Source of the DNA: Lama glama
Lineage: Eukaryota
Assembly (NCBI GenBank): GCA_028534125.1
Contig: CM052818.1
Location: forward strand, 40,674,001 to 40,738,000
Length of the DNA stretch: 64,000 nucleotides
Reading direction: 5' to 3'
Shown: positions 39,155 to 52,495 of the stretch, one piece after another
Layout of the letters: the number at the start of each line of letters is the position of its first letter
Numbering within the stretch: the stretch's first letter is position 1
Made by a program: the position numbers and the translations under genes
The notes under the pieces: generated by a model
What the model saw: only the letters and a program-made list of their open reading frames with translations
Told to the model about the DNA's origin: nothing
Databases searched by the model: none

Positions 39155-40050
39155 GAAGACCTAAACAAGCAATTCACCAGTGAAGACATACAAATGGCCA
39201 ATAGGCACATGAGGAAAATGCTCAATATCACTAATTATCAGAGAAATGCAAATTAAAACTACAATGAGGTATCACCTCACACTAGTCAGAATGGCCATCA
39301 TCCAAAAGTCCACAAATGACAAATGCTGGAGAGGCTGTGGAGAAAGGGGAACCCTCCTACACTGTTGGTGGGAATGCAGTTTGGTGCAGTCATTATGGAA
39401 AACAGTATGGAGATTCTTCAAAAGACTAAAAATAGACTTACCCTATGATCCAGCAATCCCACTCCTGGGCATACGTCCAGAGGGAACTCTAATTCGAAAA
39501 TGTACATGCACCCAGTGTTCATAGCAGCACTATTTACAATAGCCAACACATGGAAACAACCTAAATGGCCATCGACAGATGACTGGATAAAGAAGTTGTG
39601 GTATATTTATACAATGGGATACTATTTGGCCATAAAAAGGAATAAAATAACGTGATTTGCAGCAACATGGATGGGCCTGGAGCTTTTCATTCTAAATGAA
39701 GTAAGCCAGAAAGAGAAAGAAAAATACCATATGATATCACTTATATGTGGAATCTAATAAAAAAAAAAGACACAAGTGAACTTATTTACAGAACAGAAAC
39801 AGAGTCACAGACATAGAAAACACATGGCTACCAGGTGGGGAAAGGGGTGGGAAGGGATAAATTGGGAATTCGAGATTTGCAGATACTAACTACTACATAT
39901 AAAATAGATAAACAACTAGTTTCTTCTGTAGAGCACAGGGAACTATATTCAACATCTTATAGTAACCTATAATGAAAAAGAATATGAAAATGAATATATG
40001 TATGTATATGTATGACTGAAACATTATGCTGTAGACCAGAAATGGACACA
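39155..40050 (+). mobile_element. Relatively young 5'-truncated L1 (ORF2 C-terminus and 3' UTR), running into the assembly gap
   Basis: ORF 39246-39524 [11 protein letters not shown]...[18 protein letters not shown]...[12 protein letters not shown] contains the ORF2 CCHC motif; a typical 3' UTR follows. Confidence 0.95.
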
Positions 40051-40550
40051 NNNNNNNNNNNNNNNNNNNNNNNNNNNNNNNNNNNNNNNNNNNNNNNNNN
40101 NNNNNNNNNNNNNNNNNNNNNNNNNNNNNNNNNNNNNNNNNNNNNNNNNNNNNNNNNNNNNNNNNNNNNNNNNNNNNNNNNNNNNNNNNNNNNNNNNNNN
40201 NNNNNNNNNNNNNNNNNNNNNNNNNNNNNNNNNNNNNNNNNNNNNNNNNNNNNNNNNNNNNNNNNNNNNNNNNNNNNNNNNNNNNNNNNNNNNNNNNNNN
40301 NNNNNNNNNNNNNNNNNNNNNNNNNNNNNNNNNNNNNNNNNNNNNNNNNNNNNNNNNNNNNNNNNNNNNNNNNNNNNNNNNNNNNNNNNNNNNNNNNNNN
40401 NNNNNNNNNNNNNNNNNNNNNNNNNNNNNNNNNNNNNNNNNNNNNNNNNNNNNNNNNNNNNNNNNNNNNNNNNNNNNNNNNNNNNNNNNNNNNNNNNNNN
40501 NNNNNNNNNNNNNNNNNNNNNNNNNNNNNNNNNNNNNNNNNNNNNNNNNN
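40051..40550. other. Assembly gap (500 N)
   Basis: Run of N. Confidence 1.
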
Positions 40551-40864
40551 CTCCCATGGGCGCTGATGCTCCTGTTCTGTTCCTTCAGAAGCAAACAATG
40601 GGAAAGAAGTTGGGAGGCAAAACTTCTGAGAAAAAATTCACAAAGGAACACTTAAAAATGTGGTAGTTGGTGGGGTGAGGGTTAAACCACCCAGGTGAAA
40701 CAATATAGAATGTCCTGGTAGAACAGAAACTCCTTTTGGCCACCTGGATGGAGAATGGCTTGGCAGAGAGCAGAAAAACCTGCCACGTCCTTGCTCTCTA
40801 GATGGAAGAAAGGCAGGGGTGAGCCCAGGAGATGGGACTCTATTCCAAAAAGGATGTGGTTGGT

Positions 40865-41360
40865 TTGTACACCCATGTTCTTAGCAGCATTATCCACAGA
40901 GCCAAAGGCTAGAAGCAATCCAAGCATCCATCAACTGATGAATGGACAAAATGTGCTATGTCCAAATAATGAAATATTATTCAGCCTTAAAGAGGAAGGA
41001 AATCCTGTTACGTGCTACAACACACATGAAACTTGAAGATATGTTAAATGAAATAAGCCAGTCACAAAAAAAAAATGCTGTAAAATGCCACTGATGTGAA
41101 GTCCGTAGAGTGGTCAAGTTCATAGAAACAGGAAGGAGAAAAAAGGCTGCCAGGGGCTGGCGGAGGAGAGGGAGAGGGTATCATCCAGTGGGTAAAGAGT
41201 TTCAAGTTTGCCAGATGAAAAGAATTCTGGAGGTTGGTTGTACAACAATGTGAAAAGTACTTAACACTACTGATGGGCACTGAGAAATGAGTAAGATGGT
41301 CAATTTTATGCTCTCTGTGTTTTGCCACAATTATACATTTTTTAAAATTTAATTAAAAAG
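40865..41360 (+). mobile_element. L1MB-like 3' end
   Basis: acacccatgttcttagcagcattat...aaatgaaataagccagtcacaaaa...gagtttcaagtttgccagatgaaaagaattctggag...ttttgccacaat. Confidence 0.88.
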
Positions 41361-42129
41361 AAAATGACACAGTTGGAAAGACCAAAAGAATATGACAGTA
41401 TGGAGACGAGATATTAGATGGACAGAAGGTGGAGGTAGACAGACAGAGGATGAGGCTGATGTCAAAGAGCAGGGGAATATCAGCAAAGTCACGGGCCCCA
41501 AGATGAGGGCGTGGGTACCCAGCGCTGTGCTGCAGCCCCACCCGCCTGCCCAGCCGCTGAGAAGAAGCCTCTGCTCCGCTGGAGGGCTGGTGTGACTGCA
41601 CTCTGGATCACACGCGCTGGCCCTGCTGACCAGCGCCCCAGCAGAAATCCACACGGTCCCAGCCTGGGAGCTGTCGCCCTGCCTGCATGTGGGACTGTAA
41701 CATGGCCTCAGACAAGGTCCCACGTGCTGCAGCTCCTCAGTTCTCTCGGCAGCCTGGGAGTGGGCTCCAACCAGCCATGTGACCAGAGGGTGGCCCTTCC
41801 ACGTGGCCAATTCCCAAAGAGAAAGACCTGAGTGAAAATAAAAAAGAAAGCCACTCTGAACAATAGGCCACATGAGACTCCGTGTCACCTCCGCAGGTAA
41901 CTGAGGGCAGCTGACCTGAGGGCAGGTGCACACAGGGACCTCACTCCAAGGCCACTGCGAGTCTGGGCTCTGAGTCAGTCTAACAGATCCACCTTGTGAT
42001 AACAGGACCTCACTGTACAACTGAAAACTGCCAGCAGATTCTTTTTGTTCCTAAATTTTACTAGCCTGTTGCAGAAATGTTGAATATCCCATTTTTATAT
42101 CCTCACTTCCTAGTTTCCATCTATTCTTA

Positions 42130-42560
42130 CTGCCCTCACTGTCTCTCGGTCCATTCTCCATGTAGCTGCCAAAGAAAGCTCTCTAGAACACAGGCTGCAG
42201 AAGTTTATCCTCTTCTTAATGCTGCCCCCAAAGACTCTCCAACGGACAGGGGATAAAATTCAGGCTTCCAGCCCAGGTCACAGTGCCCTCTGTGGCCTGG
42301 CGCCGCTCCCCTGACCTTCCTTGTAGCCTCAATTTCTCATTCTCAACCCAATACGCACCCTTTGCTCCAGCGTTGCCTTTGACCCAGGTTTTCTCAGCCC
42401 GGAACACTCTCCCATCTCCACCAGTGCCCAAGCATCCTAGCCCAGGTAGCACCTGCCCATTTAGCTGAAGTGCAGCCTCTCCTGTGAAGTGCGTCAGGTT
42501 TCCTCCAGTTGCTCCCACACTTCCTAACGCCTATCGTGCCCAAAGCATTTAACCAAAGAC
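42130..42560 (+). mobile_element. L2 fragment
   Basis: ccattctccatgtagctgcca...acaggggataaaattcaggctt...cccggaacactctccc. Confidence 0.55.
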
Positions 42561-42599
42561 TCGAACACAAAGTGGCAAAAATGATCTTCGTCATCAGCC

Positions 42600-42942
42600 A
42601 AAGTTCTGACTATTTGGAACAGACAAGAACCATGGGAGTCATTTTGATTCTTTAAAATGCTTTCAGTTGAGATTGTAAGAGAGGAGGGAAACAATGCTTT
42701 TTAAAGAACCACGTGATTATTCAGAGTCCAAAAACCCAGCAGCTGGAGTCAGTCAGCGAGCGCCCCAGGAGGGCGTCCTTGGCGTCCCTGCCGCTGCCCT
42801 GGTCCTGCCTCCCACGACTTGGTGTTCTGTTCTTCCTGCGGATCAGTGAATCTCCCTAGTGTTTTTTTAAGGAATCCCCTCTTTGGCTTAAGTTATCTGG
42901 AAACTGTTTCTGTTGTTTGCAACCAGAAGAGTCTTAATTGAC
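42600..42942 (+). mobile_element. ERVL LTR fragment (LTR16/LTR33-like); 5' boundary uncertain
   Basis: 3' terminus aatccccctctttggcttaagttatctgg...tttctgttgtttgcaaccagaagagtcttaattgaca. Confidence 0.6.
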
Positions 42943-44359
42943 ATTGAGTGTTTCTATGTCAAGTCCACTTTGGCTACTGAGGCTAAGGGAGTGAGAGAGC
43001 TGGGGAAAAGAAGCAAGCAAGAAAGAAGCTCTTGTCCCAAGAATGTCAAGTTCCAATTCCTGAGAAGTTTCATAATATGTGACATCCCTTTGTGAGCCTC
43101 AGTTTCCCTGTCTGTAAAATGCTCAGTGATTTGCAAGATGCCTTCCAATTCTGACAGCCGATGAATTTCTGAGAGCCCAGAATGAGCCAATGTGCATATT
43201 TGTCTAAAGTCCCTGTACTGTTCGTTCCGCCAGTAGCCTGCGACACCGGCAAAGCTTAGTGCCAACCCCAAGGTCCTGCCAGACACACAGTGCAGTGAAG
43301 CAGTCCAGACACGTTCATTTGTTTATTTGTAAACCCAAATGTCTGGGCTTCCTTGAGGCATGCCTCTGCCTCTTGACCCATGAAATAAGACACAAATCAA
43401 ACTGCAAAGACCTTGAAGAATAACATTAAGCCTTAGTGAAGGCTTTTGAGGGAAATTAGAGGACTGTTACTCCCGTAAAATAGCAGAAATTCTTTAAAAT
43501 CTTTTTTGATCATATTCTTCTTTCCCCAGATTTGATAGCACAGCACAATTCCCGCACCCCTTTCTCTCCATGCGGCTCTCTTACTGCCAAATGCCCCCCG
43601 TTTCTTCCTTCATGTGGTGCCCCCCATCACCTTGCACTCCAGTCACCCCCTTCAAATCCTTGCATATGACCAGGATTTTCCCCAGTATGCCCAACGTCCT
43701 TTTATCGTCTACTTGTTGCTCTGATGTTCTTGCAAGATGAGGCTTCCTAAAATGCTGGCAAATAGATTGCACCTTCATTCAATAAATATCCATAGACCTG
43801 GGAGAAAGTGGTACCCTAGGGAAAAATTCAAGATGCGTTTCACACTGAGACTCCAGCTCCATGTCACAATTCAGTTCTAAAGTTTAATTATAAAAATAAT
43901 GAATTCATTTAAAAATCCTAGGCCCGCTGGCAGTTAAAAGTGGCCTCATTTCAACCAGGCTGCATGTGACCTCACACAGAGTCCGCCAGGGCCAAGGAGG
44001 GAGGAGGGCGCCACCACTCCCCGAGGCGCTGGCGCTGTCTCTGGGCCTTCCTTGGCCGCTGGGGGCTCGGCACGGCTGAGCCCCCCTGGACAGGGATCTG
44101 AGGGCACTGCTGACAGGGTGACCTCCGCCTCCTGGCTCGTGCTGTCTGACGGGGACTCAGTGCCCAGGGAGGAATCATGGGAAACCGGCCTCCTGTGGTG
44201 GCAAAGCATTTTCCTCGAGGGGGATTCAAGTTAAATCATTTCACTAAGTCCCTTGATCTGTGGAAGAAGCAGGGCTCCCATAGTTGAACAGTCAGGTTAA
44301 CCCCCCCAGAGAGGTGAATTGAGTTCTTTCAAGCCAAACTGATAGACTTTTTGTAAAGT

Positions 44360-44965
44360 GACCCACAGCTCTCTGTTCTTGCCAGTGTTATAAGCCACCA
44401 TCATCTCATACCTCTTAATCAACATCCCCACGTCCATGCTTTCTCCTCTCTTCTCCATTCTCCACACTTGAAGACAAAATTTAAAAATGATCACGTCATT
44501 CCTCTGCTTCAACCCTTCAACAACTTCTTGTGTGCTCGTAGGATAAAGACCAGAACCCCTCAGATGACCCACCGAGCCCTACGTGGTCCCTGCCCCATCC
44601 AGCCTCGCTCATGCTCTACTGTTCCCTGTGGCAGCCACTCCGGACTTGTCTCTATTCCTTCAAAGCACTGGCTTCCTCTCCCCAGGACCTTTGTACATGC
44701 CATTCCCGCTGCTGAGAACCTGTCCTCTATCCTTTAGTGAGTTAGTACATATTCTTTCTTCAATATCAATTTAAACCTCACTTCCTATGGGGAAGATTCT
44801 TATTTTATGTTTCCAAACCAATATTTATCACAAATGCAGTGCTCCATTTCTTTTTCCAGTTCTTTGATTAAGTCAGTCATTCCTACTAGAGTCTAAGTTC
44901 ATGAAGGCAGAGGCCAAGAACTTGTCTTTTCTTACTTTTGTTTTCCCACTAACTAGCACAGGACT
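44360..44965 (+). mobile_element. L2 fragment
   Basis: tgatcacgtcattcctctgcttcaacccttcaa...ccccaggacctttgtacatgccattcccgctgc...ctactagagtctaagttcatgaaggcag. Confidence 0.75.
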
Positions 44966-45640
44966 TGAGAAATATGGGAATTAGGAAGAAGGGAAAGAAG
45001 AGAAGGAAGGAGGGAAGGAAGGAGGGAGGGAAGGAGGGCCTGACTTGGGCAGCTCTGGGAGGTGACTTCCAGGCCCCTGACTGGGATAACTGGGGGGTGG
45101 TGCTGCCACTCCCTGGAACAGACAGAACAGAGGGTCATCATCTTAGGAAGATGACAAGTTTCGTTTGGGACCTGATGGTAGATCCCAGTGTTGTTCCACA
45201 AGAGGTTTCTCTGTCAATCTGAGGCCCCAGGCAATGAGGAAGTGCTAAAATAGAAATGACTACGTTTACCTCACGAGTCGATGGGGTCGTGTAGGGAACA
45301 GCATGCATGGATAGGGAAGCACTGGGCCAAAGGAAGCCACCTTGCATGGAACCCACCCTTAAGTACTAGACAGAGAGTGAACAAGCCCTAAAGAGGACAG
45401 AGAAAGAACATTCAGAAATTTCAAAAACCCCAGAGAGTAGGGTCAAAGACACCAAGGATAGTCTCCAGAAAGAGGGAGGAATCAAAGCTGTCCCGTGTGG
45501 TGAGAGGCCAGTACCATGGGGACTCAGAGTGTGCCGTGGAGTGACTCTGGTAGGGGCAGTGCCCGGAGAGTGACCGGGGGAGGACCCAGACTGCGGAGAT
45601 CGTGCAGACAGGAAGGGCTGCTGATTTGTAGGCAATTCCT

Positions 45641-45941
45641 ATAAAAAAAGTTTATTTCTTGTTTTTTTTGAAGTGTAGTTGATTTACAATGTCAGTTTCA
45701 GATGTACAGCAAAGCAATTCAGTTATACATATACATACACACATATATTATTTTTCAGTTTCTTTTCCATTATGGTGCATTACAAGAAATCGAGTACAGT
45801 TCCTTGTACCATACAGTAGGTCCTTGCTGTTTATCTATTTTATATATAGCAATGTGTATCTGTTAATCCCAATCTCCTAATCTATCCCTCCCCCACCCTT
45901 TCCCCCAATAACCACAGTTTGTTTTTAGTTTGTTTTCTATG
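45641..45941 (-). mobile_element. 5'-truncated L1 3' end (artiodactyl-type)
   Basis: gaagtgtagttgatttacaat...gatgtacagcaaagcaattcagttatacat...tacagtaggtccttgctgtttatc. TSD ttgtaggcaattcct (45626-45640) / ttgcaggcaattcat (45942-45956). Confidence 0.88.
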
Positions 45942-46159
45942 TTGCAGGCAATTCATTAGAAGCTTGGCTCAGAAGAGGAAAACTTAGGTGACACGAACAA
46001 GGGGGCAAAAGAGAATGGAAAAGATTTGGGCATTTTTATTGGCAATGTTGGAACGAACCAGCAAGACAAAGATGAGGTGCCAGTGACAGAAAGGGGATGA
46101 CAAGTGGACGGAAACCTTGAAGTACTGGCACTGAAGGACAAGCCACTATTACTACCATT

Positions 46160-46260
46160 GCCAAGTACAATGTCTTGCACCCAGCCGGTGATCAGTAAGT
46201 ATTGAGTAAGTGAATGAATGAATGAATGAATGAATGAATCATGAACAAATAAACAAATGG
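46160..46260 (+). mobile_element. L2 3' tail with (TGAA)n
   Basis: acaatgtcttgcaccc...agtaagtattgagtaagtgaatgaatgaatgaatg. Confidence 0.65.
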
Positions 46261-46559
46261 ACAGGCAGAGGTGAAGAGAAGGGCTTTGAGAAAGGCTGAC
46301 CTTCCTAGACTGAAAAGAAGGCAGAATGGGTGCAGAAAGGAGTAAGTGGCTCTGGGTTATAACTAGTGCTGCAGCAAAAGCCTTCCCACAGTAGCTATTC
46401 GGAGACAGAGATGAGAGATTGAAGCACTTGTCACACAGGGATCCTGCATGAGACCCACCCCCCGGCCCAGTGTTTCCAGGCAGCTGTCCCTCGGCTGATG
46501 GGGATACTGCCAATTGCACCAGAAGTCACAGTAGTCTGGGAAAAGCTGGCCGGTGGAGT

Positions 46560-46750
46560 TAGAAAGACTTAGTTTTTAATCCTGTTTAAAAGTTAATACC
46601 CATTTGACCTTGGAAAAATCCTCCAATGTCTCTGTACCTGAATTTGTTCTTTGTAGAATGGTGCCAAAAATTATTCTTTACTCATGGGATTTTGCGAGAA
46701 CGAGTGTAACGTGTCTCGCACGGCGCCTGCCAAAGAAGTGCTCAAAAGTC
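46560..46750 (+). mobile_element. MIR SINE
   Basis: tgaccttggaaaaatcctccaatgtctctgtacctgaatttgttctttgtagaatgg. Confidence 0.65.
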
Positions 46751-47709
46751 GAAGATGATGATGTTATGGTTGCTTGTGTTGTTGACGTTGTTGTTTGGCA
46801 GCCAAGAAGCAAGCCGTCTAAATATTTTATTTAGCAGAAACCAGAGCAGCCCTTATAAAGCGATCACCTTGTGTAAGCTTGCACTCTGTCCCATCAGCAA
46901 ATTGACAAGCCAGCCAGTGACTCGCAGAAACCACCAACTGTGAATAAAGTAGCCCAATGCCTGATACACAGTCAAGAGAAGTGACAGGCCCAAATCCAGG
47001 CTCCACACCGAAGGCAGACGAGCGGGCGAAACAGACACTTGCACAAATGAAACAACCAGACAAGACAGTCAGTCAGTGTGGATGGGGGCTGCCAGCTGAC
47101 GCAGTGTGCCCCACCCTCCCAGATGACGTGAGACTACGAACCTGTCCACTGCCTTCCCTGGTAATGCGTGTTTTCTCAAAGTTGACTCTAGGCTTGCGTT
47201 TATGGATGTTTTTTCCTCACTGTGGCCCTGAAAGCTGGACGGGAGTAACAAAGAGCAAGGGCCACCTTCATTCCTGTGGACGGAGCACAGGGGATGGAGC
47301 AGCCTTGCAAGACCCGTGTTCCTCTCTAGCCCAGAATTCACGGTTCAGGATTCTTTCAGGGGAGGAGGGCGATAGGCCCCTGGATCTTCATGAGGCCTCT
47401 GAAAACCGAAGTACCCTTGGAAGGAGGGGAGATTAGACTACACAGGGATCGCCCCCCTCCAAACTTCTTCTACTCCTGGTTTTTAGCTTTGACTAATCCC
47501 TTGTGAGAAAAGGACTAGGGATAGAGATGGGAAGTGTAAGGGGTGAGAGGGTAAGAAGGAGCTGGAGAGGAAGACAGGCTGTGCCCAGAGCCAGCCCACC
47601 CTCCGCCTTCCTACGCAAACCCACCTGCAGGAAGGGCTATGAGGCCCGGATACGCTGTGCAGTCGCCGTGAGGAGCTTGACTCAGAGGTGTGCTTGTTGG
47701 CCCCAAAGC

Positions 47710-48300
47710 ATTCATTCATTTGTTCACAAAATCATTCAATTGTTTTCATTTAGTCATTAGAGGAATAGCCACTGAGGGCCTATCATCCACGTTTGATAAC
47801 CTACAGTCTAGTGGAGAGACACAGATATACACATTTCATATTACAACGGGAGAAAATACAGCAGGATATAGACGATGGATGGATGGATGGACAGATGTAT
47901 AGACAGGAGGGAAAGGGATAAACTTCATGTAGAAGCACTAAGTTTAGCTATTTTGTTTTTAAGGGAGGAGGAGGTGTTCTTGAGTTGATTTGTAAAGAAT
48001 GAACAGGAATGAGATGGTGAAAGGGTAGGAAAAAAGACTTTCCAGAGAGATGGTGCAGTATAAGCAAAACCATGAAAAACCAGTAGCGTGCGTGCGTGCG
48101 TGTGTGTAGAAACACCACTTGTGGTCAAGCTGGTTAGTAAAGTCTAGGGGCAGAGGCGGGGAGATGAAGCAGAGCTGGCAGAACTGGGCGGGTTCACAGA
48201 GGTCGTGGGAGCTGAGCTATGGAGTCAGAACTTCACCCTTGGATGTGAGCACAGTCGAGGGACTGAGAGCAGTACTGACAGGATCAGAGGAAGTGTAGTC
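47710..48300 (-). mobile_element. L2 fragment with (GGAT)n and (CGTG)/(TG) simple repeats
   Basis: cattcattcatttgttc tail; tacagtctagtggagagacacag; tgagttgatttgtaaagaatgaacagga. Confidence 0.6.
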
Positions 48301-49598
48301 AAGGCAGGCTTGGGTAACTAAAGAAAATTTCCCGAAGAAGGGAGATCACGTGCCTGTGTCTTGATGGCAAAGGTAAGAGGAATCAACAGCTATTCAAAGA
48401 ATCTGAGAAATGTGTGGTCACATCACCAATTTTCCCCAATACACAGAAAATTGAACTCAGTTTTCTTAACTCTCCATGATGGGTGGAGATAAGCAGAGGT
48501 TTCGCCATTTTCCACGATGATATTGACCAAAATTCTGATCTCTACATCTTCAGGTAGTAAGTGCTCCTACCCTATAGAAAAGGGGAGAGAAAGTCAATAA
48601 ACAACCAGAAGGTACAGAGAGGTTGCCTGGGGCACATAACCAGTAAACAACTGAGCCGTGATTGGAACACAGATCTGACCCCAAGTCCAAAGCCCTGTAT
48701 GACTAGCCCCAGCTGTGACACCACATAAAATGTTCTTTTTGTCCCTCTCCAATTTCTTCTACTTAGTGAAATCTCTCCTCTTTCATGAAGACGTCTCTAC
48801 TCCCCACCGACAGCCCAAAATGACTTCTCCCTCTGAGACGCCCTTTATATTTGTAGTCAAAATTATGCAATCCCCGTATATTACTCTGATAATGTTTCAT
48901 GTCTGTTATTTGTACCGCACGTTGAAAGTCTAGATTCTTAGGAGCACAGGACCTATTGGGAGACAATTCATGCTCACAGATGAGAAGAAACACAAGGGAC
49001 CCAAGAATTGCTTTTGTTCTGATCTACTTTTTCAAGGATGTTTGCAGAGCAAACAGACTCAGAAGATGGAGAGAGCGTCTCCAGACATTGCCCTCCAGAA
49101 CGCAGGGCAGATTTGCTCACTGCCCAGTATGATGCAGGTAATGTCACCCTCTGGGGCAAAGGATAGACATGCTTACTTCCTGGTGTAAAACATTTGAGCT
49201 CCCTCAGCTCCAGTGTCCTCTTCAGGCCCACTTTGCATCACTCCTTGGAGACGAGCTCAGGAACAGGTGTAAATGCTGCTGCTCTGGTTACTGTCCTGGC
49301 GGTGACTAATGACCCGCCCTTTGTTTCTGACCCAGGAATCATGGTCCTCTGCCGGCATCCATGAATCTATGGCGGGCCAACTTGTTACCAGGGAAGCAGG
49401 GCAAAAGTCCAGATTCTTCACAGCTCTCGACAGGCGTGTATCTAACAATTCTCCAGTCTTCTCCCCAGTAACCGAGAAAGTCCTTATGACCCAGCAGGGC
49501 CTCAACAAAAACAGCCATGACAAGATAAAAAGCGGTCAGTTTTCAGCATTCAGATTTGGAAGCCACCCTATTAGTAAAGGTTAAAAACTCAGCCTCTT

Positions 49599-49790
49599 CA
49601 GATACAAACTACTATGTACAGGAAAGAGGAATAACAAAGTCCTGCTGTAAGCACAGGGAACAATACTTAAGAGCTTTCAGTGATCTGTAGTGAAAAAGAA
49701 TATATACGTATAACCGAATCACTTTGCTGTACACTAGACACTAATACAACATTGTGAATCAAATATACTTCAACTTTAAAAAGTGTTAAA
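49599..49790 (+). mobile_element. Short L1 3' end
   Basis: cagatacaaactacta...gcacagggaac...gaatcactttgctgtaca...atacttcaa. TSD core ctcagcctctt at 49588-49598 and 49794-49804. Confidence 0.88.
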
Positions 49791-49883
49791 ACTCTCAGCC
49801 TCTTGACATAGCCAAAATCTATTCAATTGAATTTCTAAATAGCCATTAGTCATGTGACTTGAATTAGTATTGAGCCAGTATAT

Positions 49884-50125
49884 TGTAGCAATTGACAGCA
49901 TGAATTCTGAGGTCAGACCAGCTGTCTTGGTTCAAATCCTCGCTCCCTAACAACCAGCTGGGTGACTCTGGGCAAGTTTTAGAACTCCTCTGTTCTTCAG
50001 TTTTCTTAATGGTAAAATGTGGGTAGCAATAGCACCTTATGTCATGGGGTTGCTGTAAGGATTAACTGAGTGAATTTATACAAAGCGCTTAAACCAATGC
50101 CAAGTTCACGTACAATGTTGTTATT
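49884..50125 (+). mobile_element. MIR SINE, near full length
   Basis: ggttcaaatcc...gctgggtgactctgggcaagtt...cttcagttttcttaatggtaaaatg...gggttgctgtaaggattaactgag...aaagcgcttaaac. Confidence 0.9.
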
Positions 50126-50804
50126 GTACAGCTGCCATTCTAAATGCAGCAGCACGTTCCAAAGGCACCAGATTTACTTTAAAAACTCCAGCTTTGTTGG
50201 ATCTGCTGACTGCAGATGATTTCCTGAGATGGACTCAAACATTTAACCATCAGAAATGAAGGATGCTTGTCCCAGGACAAGTCCATGCCACACTGTTGTA
50301 GAAGTCTGGTGCTCAGGGGAGGATGGACACCTTTGCCAAAATGTTTATGGACCGTGGTGACTATTGTCATCACTCAAATACGATGTTCACGAGGCAGTTA
50401 TTTTGGGCCCGTGTTGTTTTCAGAATCCCTCGTTGTTTGACAGGGCAGTACTGGATTCATAAATGTCAGCAAGTCTGTAGCTGCTCAAGGAAGTGCCCAC
50501 GGTTCGGGGTCTCCTGCCTCAGGAGGCATACGACCATCAGAAGAAGACAGAAAGGTCTGTACCAGCAATCGTCAGGGATGGAAGAGGCTGCTCAGAGCAG
50601 CAACGGCATTTGATATCATTCTGATGAACCCACACGAGTTTATGGGGCAAAGGATGTGGTGAAGAGCAAGGAGGCAGTAGATCTGAATCATCTCATTCAC
50701 AGTCCACACTCTTCAGATTTATTAAATGCATGTCAAGGCATCAGTTGGTCTTATGTAATGAAAGCTTAGCCAAGAGAGCAATATTGGTGAATGAGAAGAA
50801 GAGG

Positions 50805-51015
50805 AAAGGAATGTTTATTGAGCACCTACTCTGTGTCTTGAATGTGCATTATCTCAGTTTTGTGAAATGGCTGGTATTTGCCCCCTTGGAAGAGGTGAGA
50901 AGACAGAGGCTTCAGAAAGGTCGAGGAACCTGGCCATGGTCACACAGCAGTAAGTGATAAAGTAAGCCCAGACCTTGAACCAAGGTCTGGACTCCAAAGC
51001 CTGTGCTCTTTTCCT
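50805..51015 (-). mobile_element. MIR SINE
   Basis: tttattgagcacctactctgtg...ggtcacacagcagtaagtga...ttgaaccaaggtctggactccaaagcc. Confidence 0.85.
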
Positions 51016-51855
51016 GCTCTGTGTCAGGCACCACAGCCCCAGATGCCCATCCCACCACAGCATGACTTCCTGTAAGCAGGAGCTGTGTCCTCAGCAGTAT
51101 ACCAGAATATAGAGATATTGATTTATTTATTAAATATAAAGATATATATTTATCACAGTGGAACCTTTAATAAATTCATATTGAACAAATGAAATCAGGC
51201 AAAATCAAAATAAATAGTCTGGGTCGTGAAGGCACTCAGTCAGAAGAAGAGCTCCGGGGTCCTTTCCTGTCAACCTGGGACACTGCCACAAATAGCCACA
51301 CACTCTACAAAGCCCCTGAGCCACCAAGCACCACTGGGGCCGGTTGGTTACACACGGGGACTGTCACACTGGAGCTCCCAGGAAGATGCGGGAAGGGTGG
51401 TCCACTTAAAATTCTGTTATACGTCATGCATTACCTTAGCCTTGACCCCAGGCTCCCAGTGGTGGTGGATAACTCTTGCTAAGCCTGGAGTGAAGTGTGA
51501 TCAGGCCTGAATCAGTCAGCTGAGCTCATGGGTTGCAACAGCTGGAGATGTCCAGGTTTCTCCCTGCAGGGCTTCCAGCAGGTTGGGCTGGTCCCTGGCT
51601 GGTTGGGGCTTGGGGTTTTTCTGAGAGGCCAGCTAGGGTCGGTTCACACTGAAAATGAAATGAGGAGACAAACAGACTGTGGGTATGAGGGCAAACCAAA
51701 ATGAGGAACAGAGAAATCATTTGCCAAGACCCAAGGACAGATGGTGAACAAAAGTCAAAGCTTCAGAAGCCAGATCACAGCCAGATCCACTGGAAGCTAG
51801 AAGGGATGAGTGAAGAGGGTCTGAGTCTATTGCTGTGAACAAGAGGGCCTGGGTC

Positions 51856-52495
51856 TTTCCTTATGATCCAGCAATCCCACACCTGGGCATATATCAGGAG
51901 GGAGCTCTAATTCAAAAAGATACATGCACCCCCATGTTAATAGAAGCACTATAGACAATAGCCAAGACGTGGAAACAACCTAAATGTCCATCAACAGATG
52001 ACTGGATAAAGAAGTTGTGTATTTTTACAATGGAATACTACTCGGTCATAAAAAAGAATAAAATAATGCCATTTGCAGCAACATGGATGGATCTAGAGAT
52101 CATCATTCTAAGTGGAGTAAAGACAGAGAGAGAAACAAAAATACCATATGATATCATTTGTATGTGGAATCTTAAAAAAAGAAAGGGCACAAATGAACTT
52201 ATTTACAAAATAGAAACAGAGTCACAGATACAGAAAACAAACTAATGATTACCAGGGGGAAAGGGGAGGAGTTTGGGGTTTGCAGATACTAATTACTATG
52301 TATAAAATAGGATATAGACAACAAGGTCCTACTATATAGCACAGGAAACTATATTCAATATCTTGCAATAGCCTATAATGAAAAAGAATATGACAACAAA
52401 TGCATATATGTATAACTGAATCACTATGCTGCATACTAGAGATTAATACAACAGTGTAAACTAATTATACTTCAATTTAAAAAAAGGAAAAAAAA
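51856..52495 (+). mobile_element. 5'-truncated younger L1 (end of ORF2, 3' UTR and poly A)
   Basis: tatgatccagcaatcccac...gcagcaacatggatggatctagag...tatagcacaggaaactat...aaaaaaa. TSD core gggcctgggtc at 51845-51855 and 52497-52507. Confidence 0.93.

Noticed and set aside
39893..40651. Long ORFs containing X runs
   Set aside because: Artefacts of the 500-N gap.
45485..45582. Degenerate ~21-bp repeat-like units
   Set aside because: Too divergent and irregular; no constant repeat with unique spacers, so not a CRISPR array or a clear minisatellite.
41349..47436. Long ORFs 41349-42020, 45956-46519 and 46957-47436
   Set aside because: No domain similarity; partly built from L2/simple-repeat or GC-rich sequence; no splice or Kozak support.
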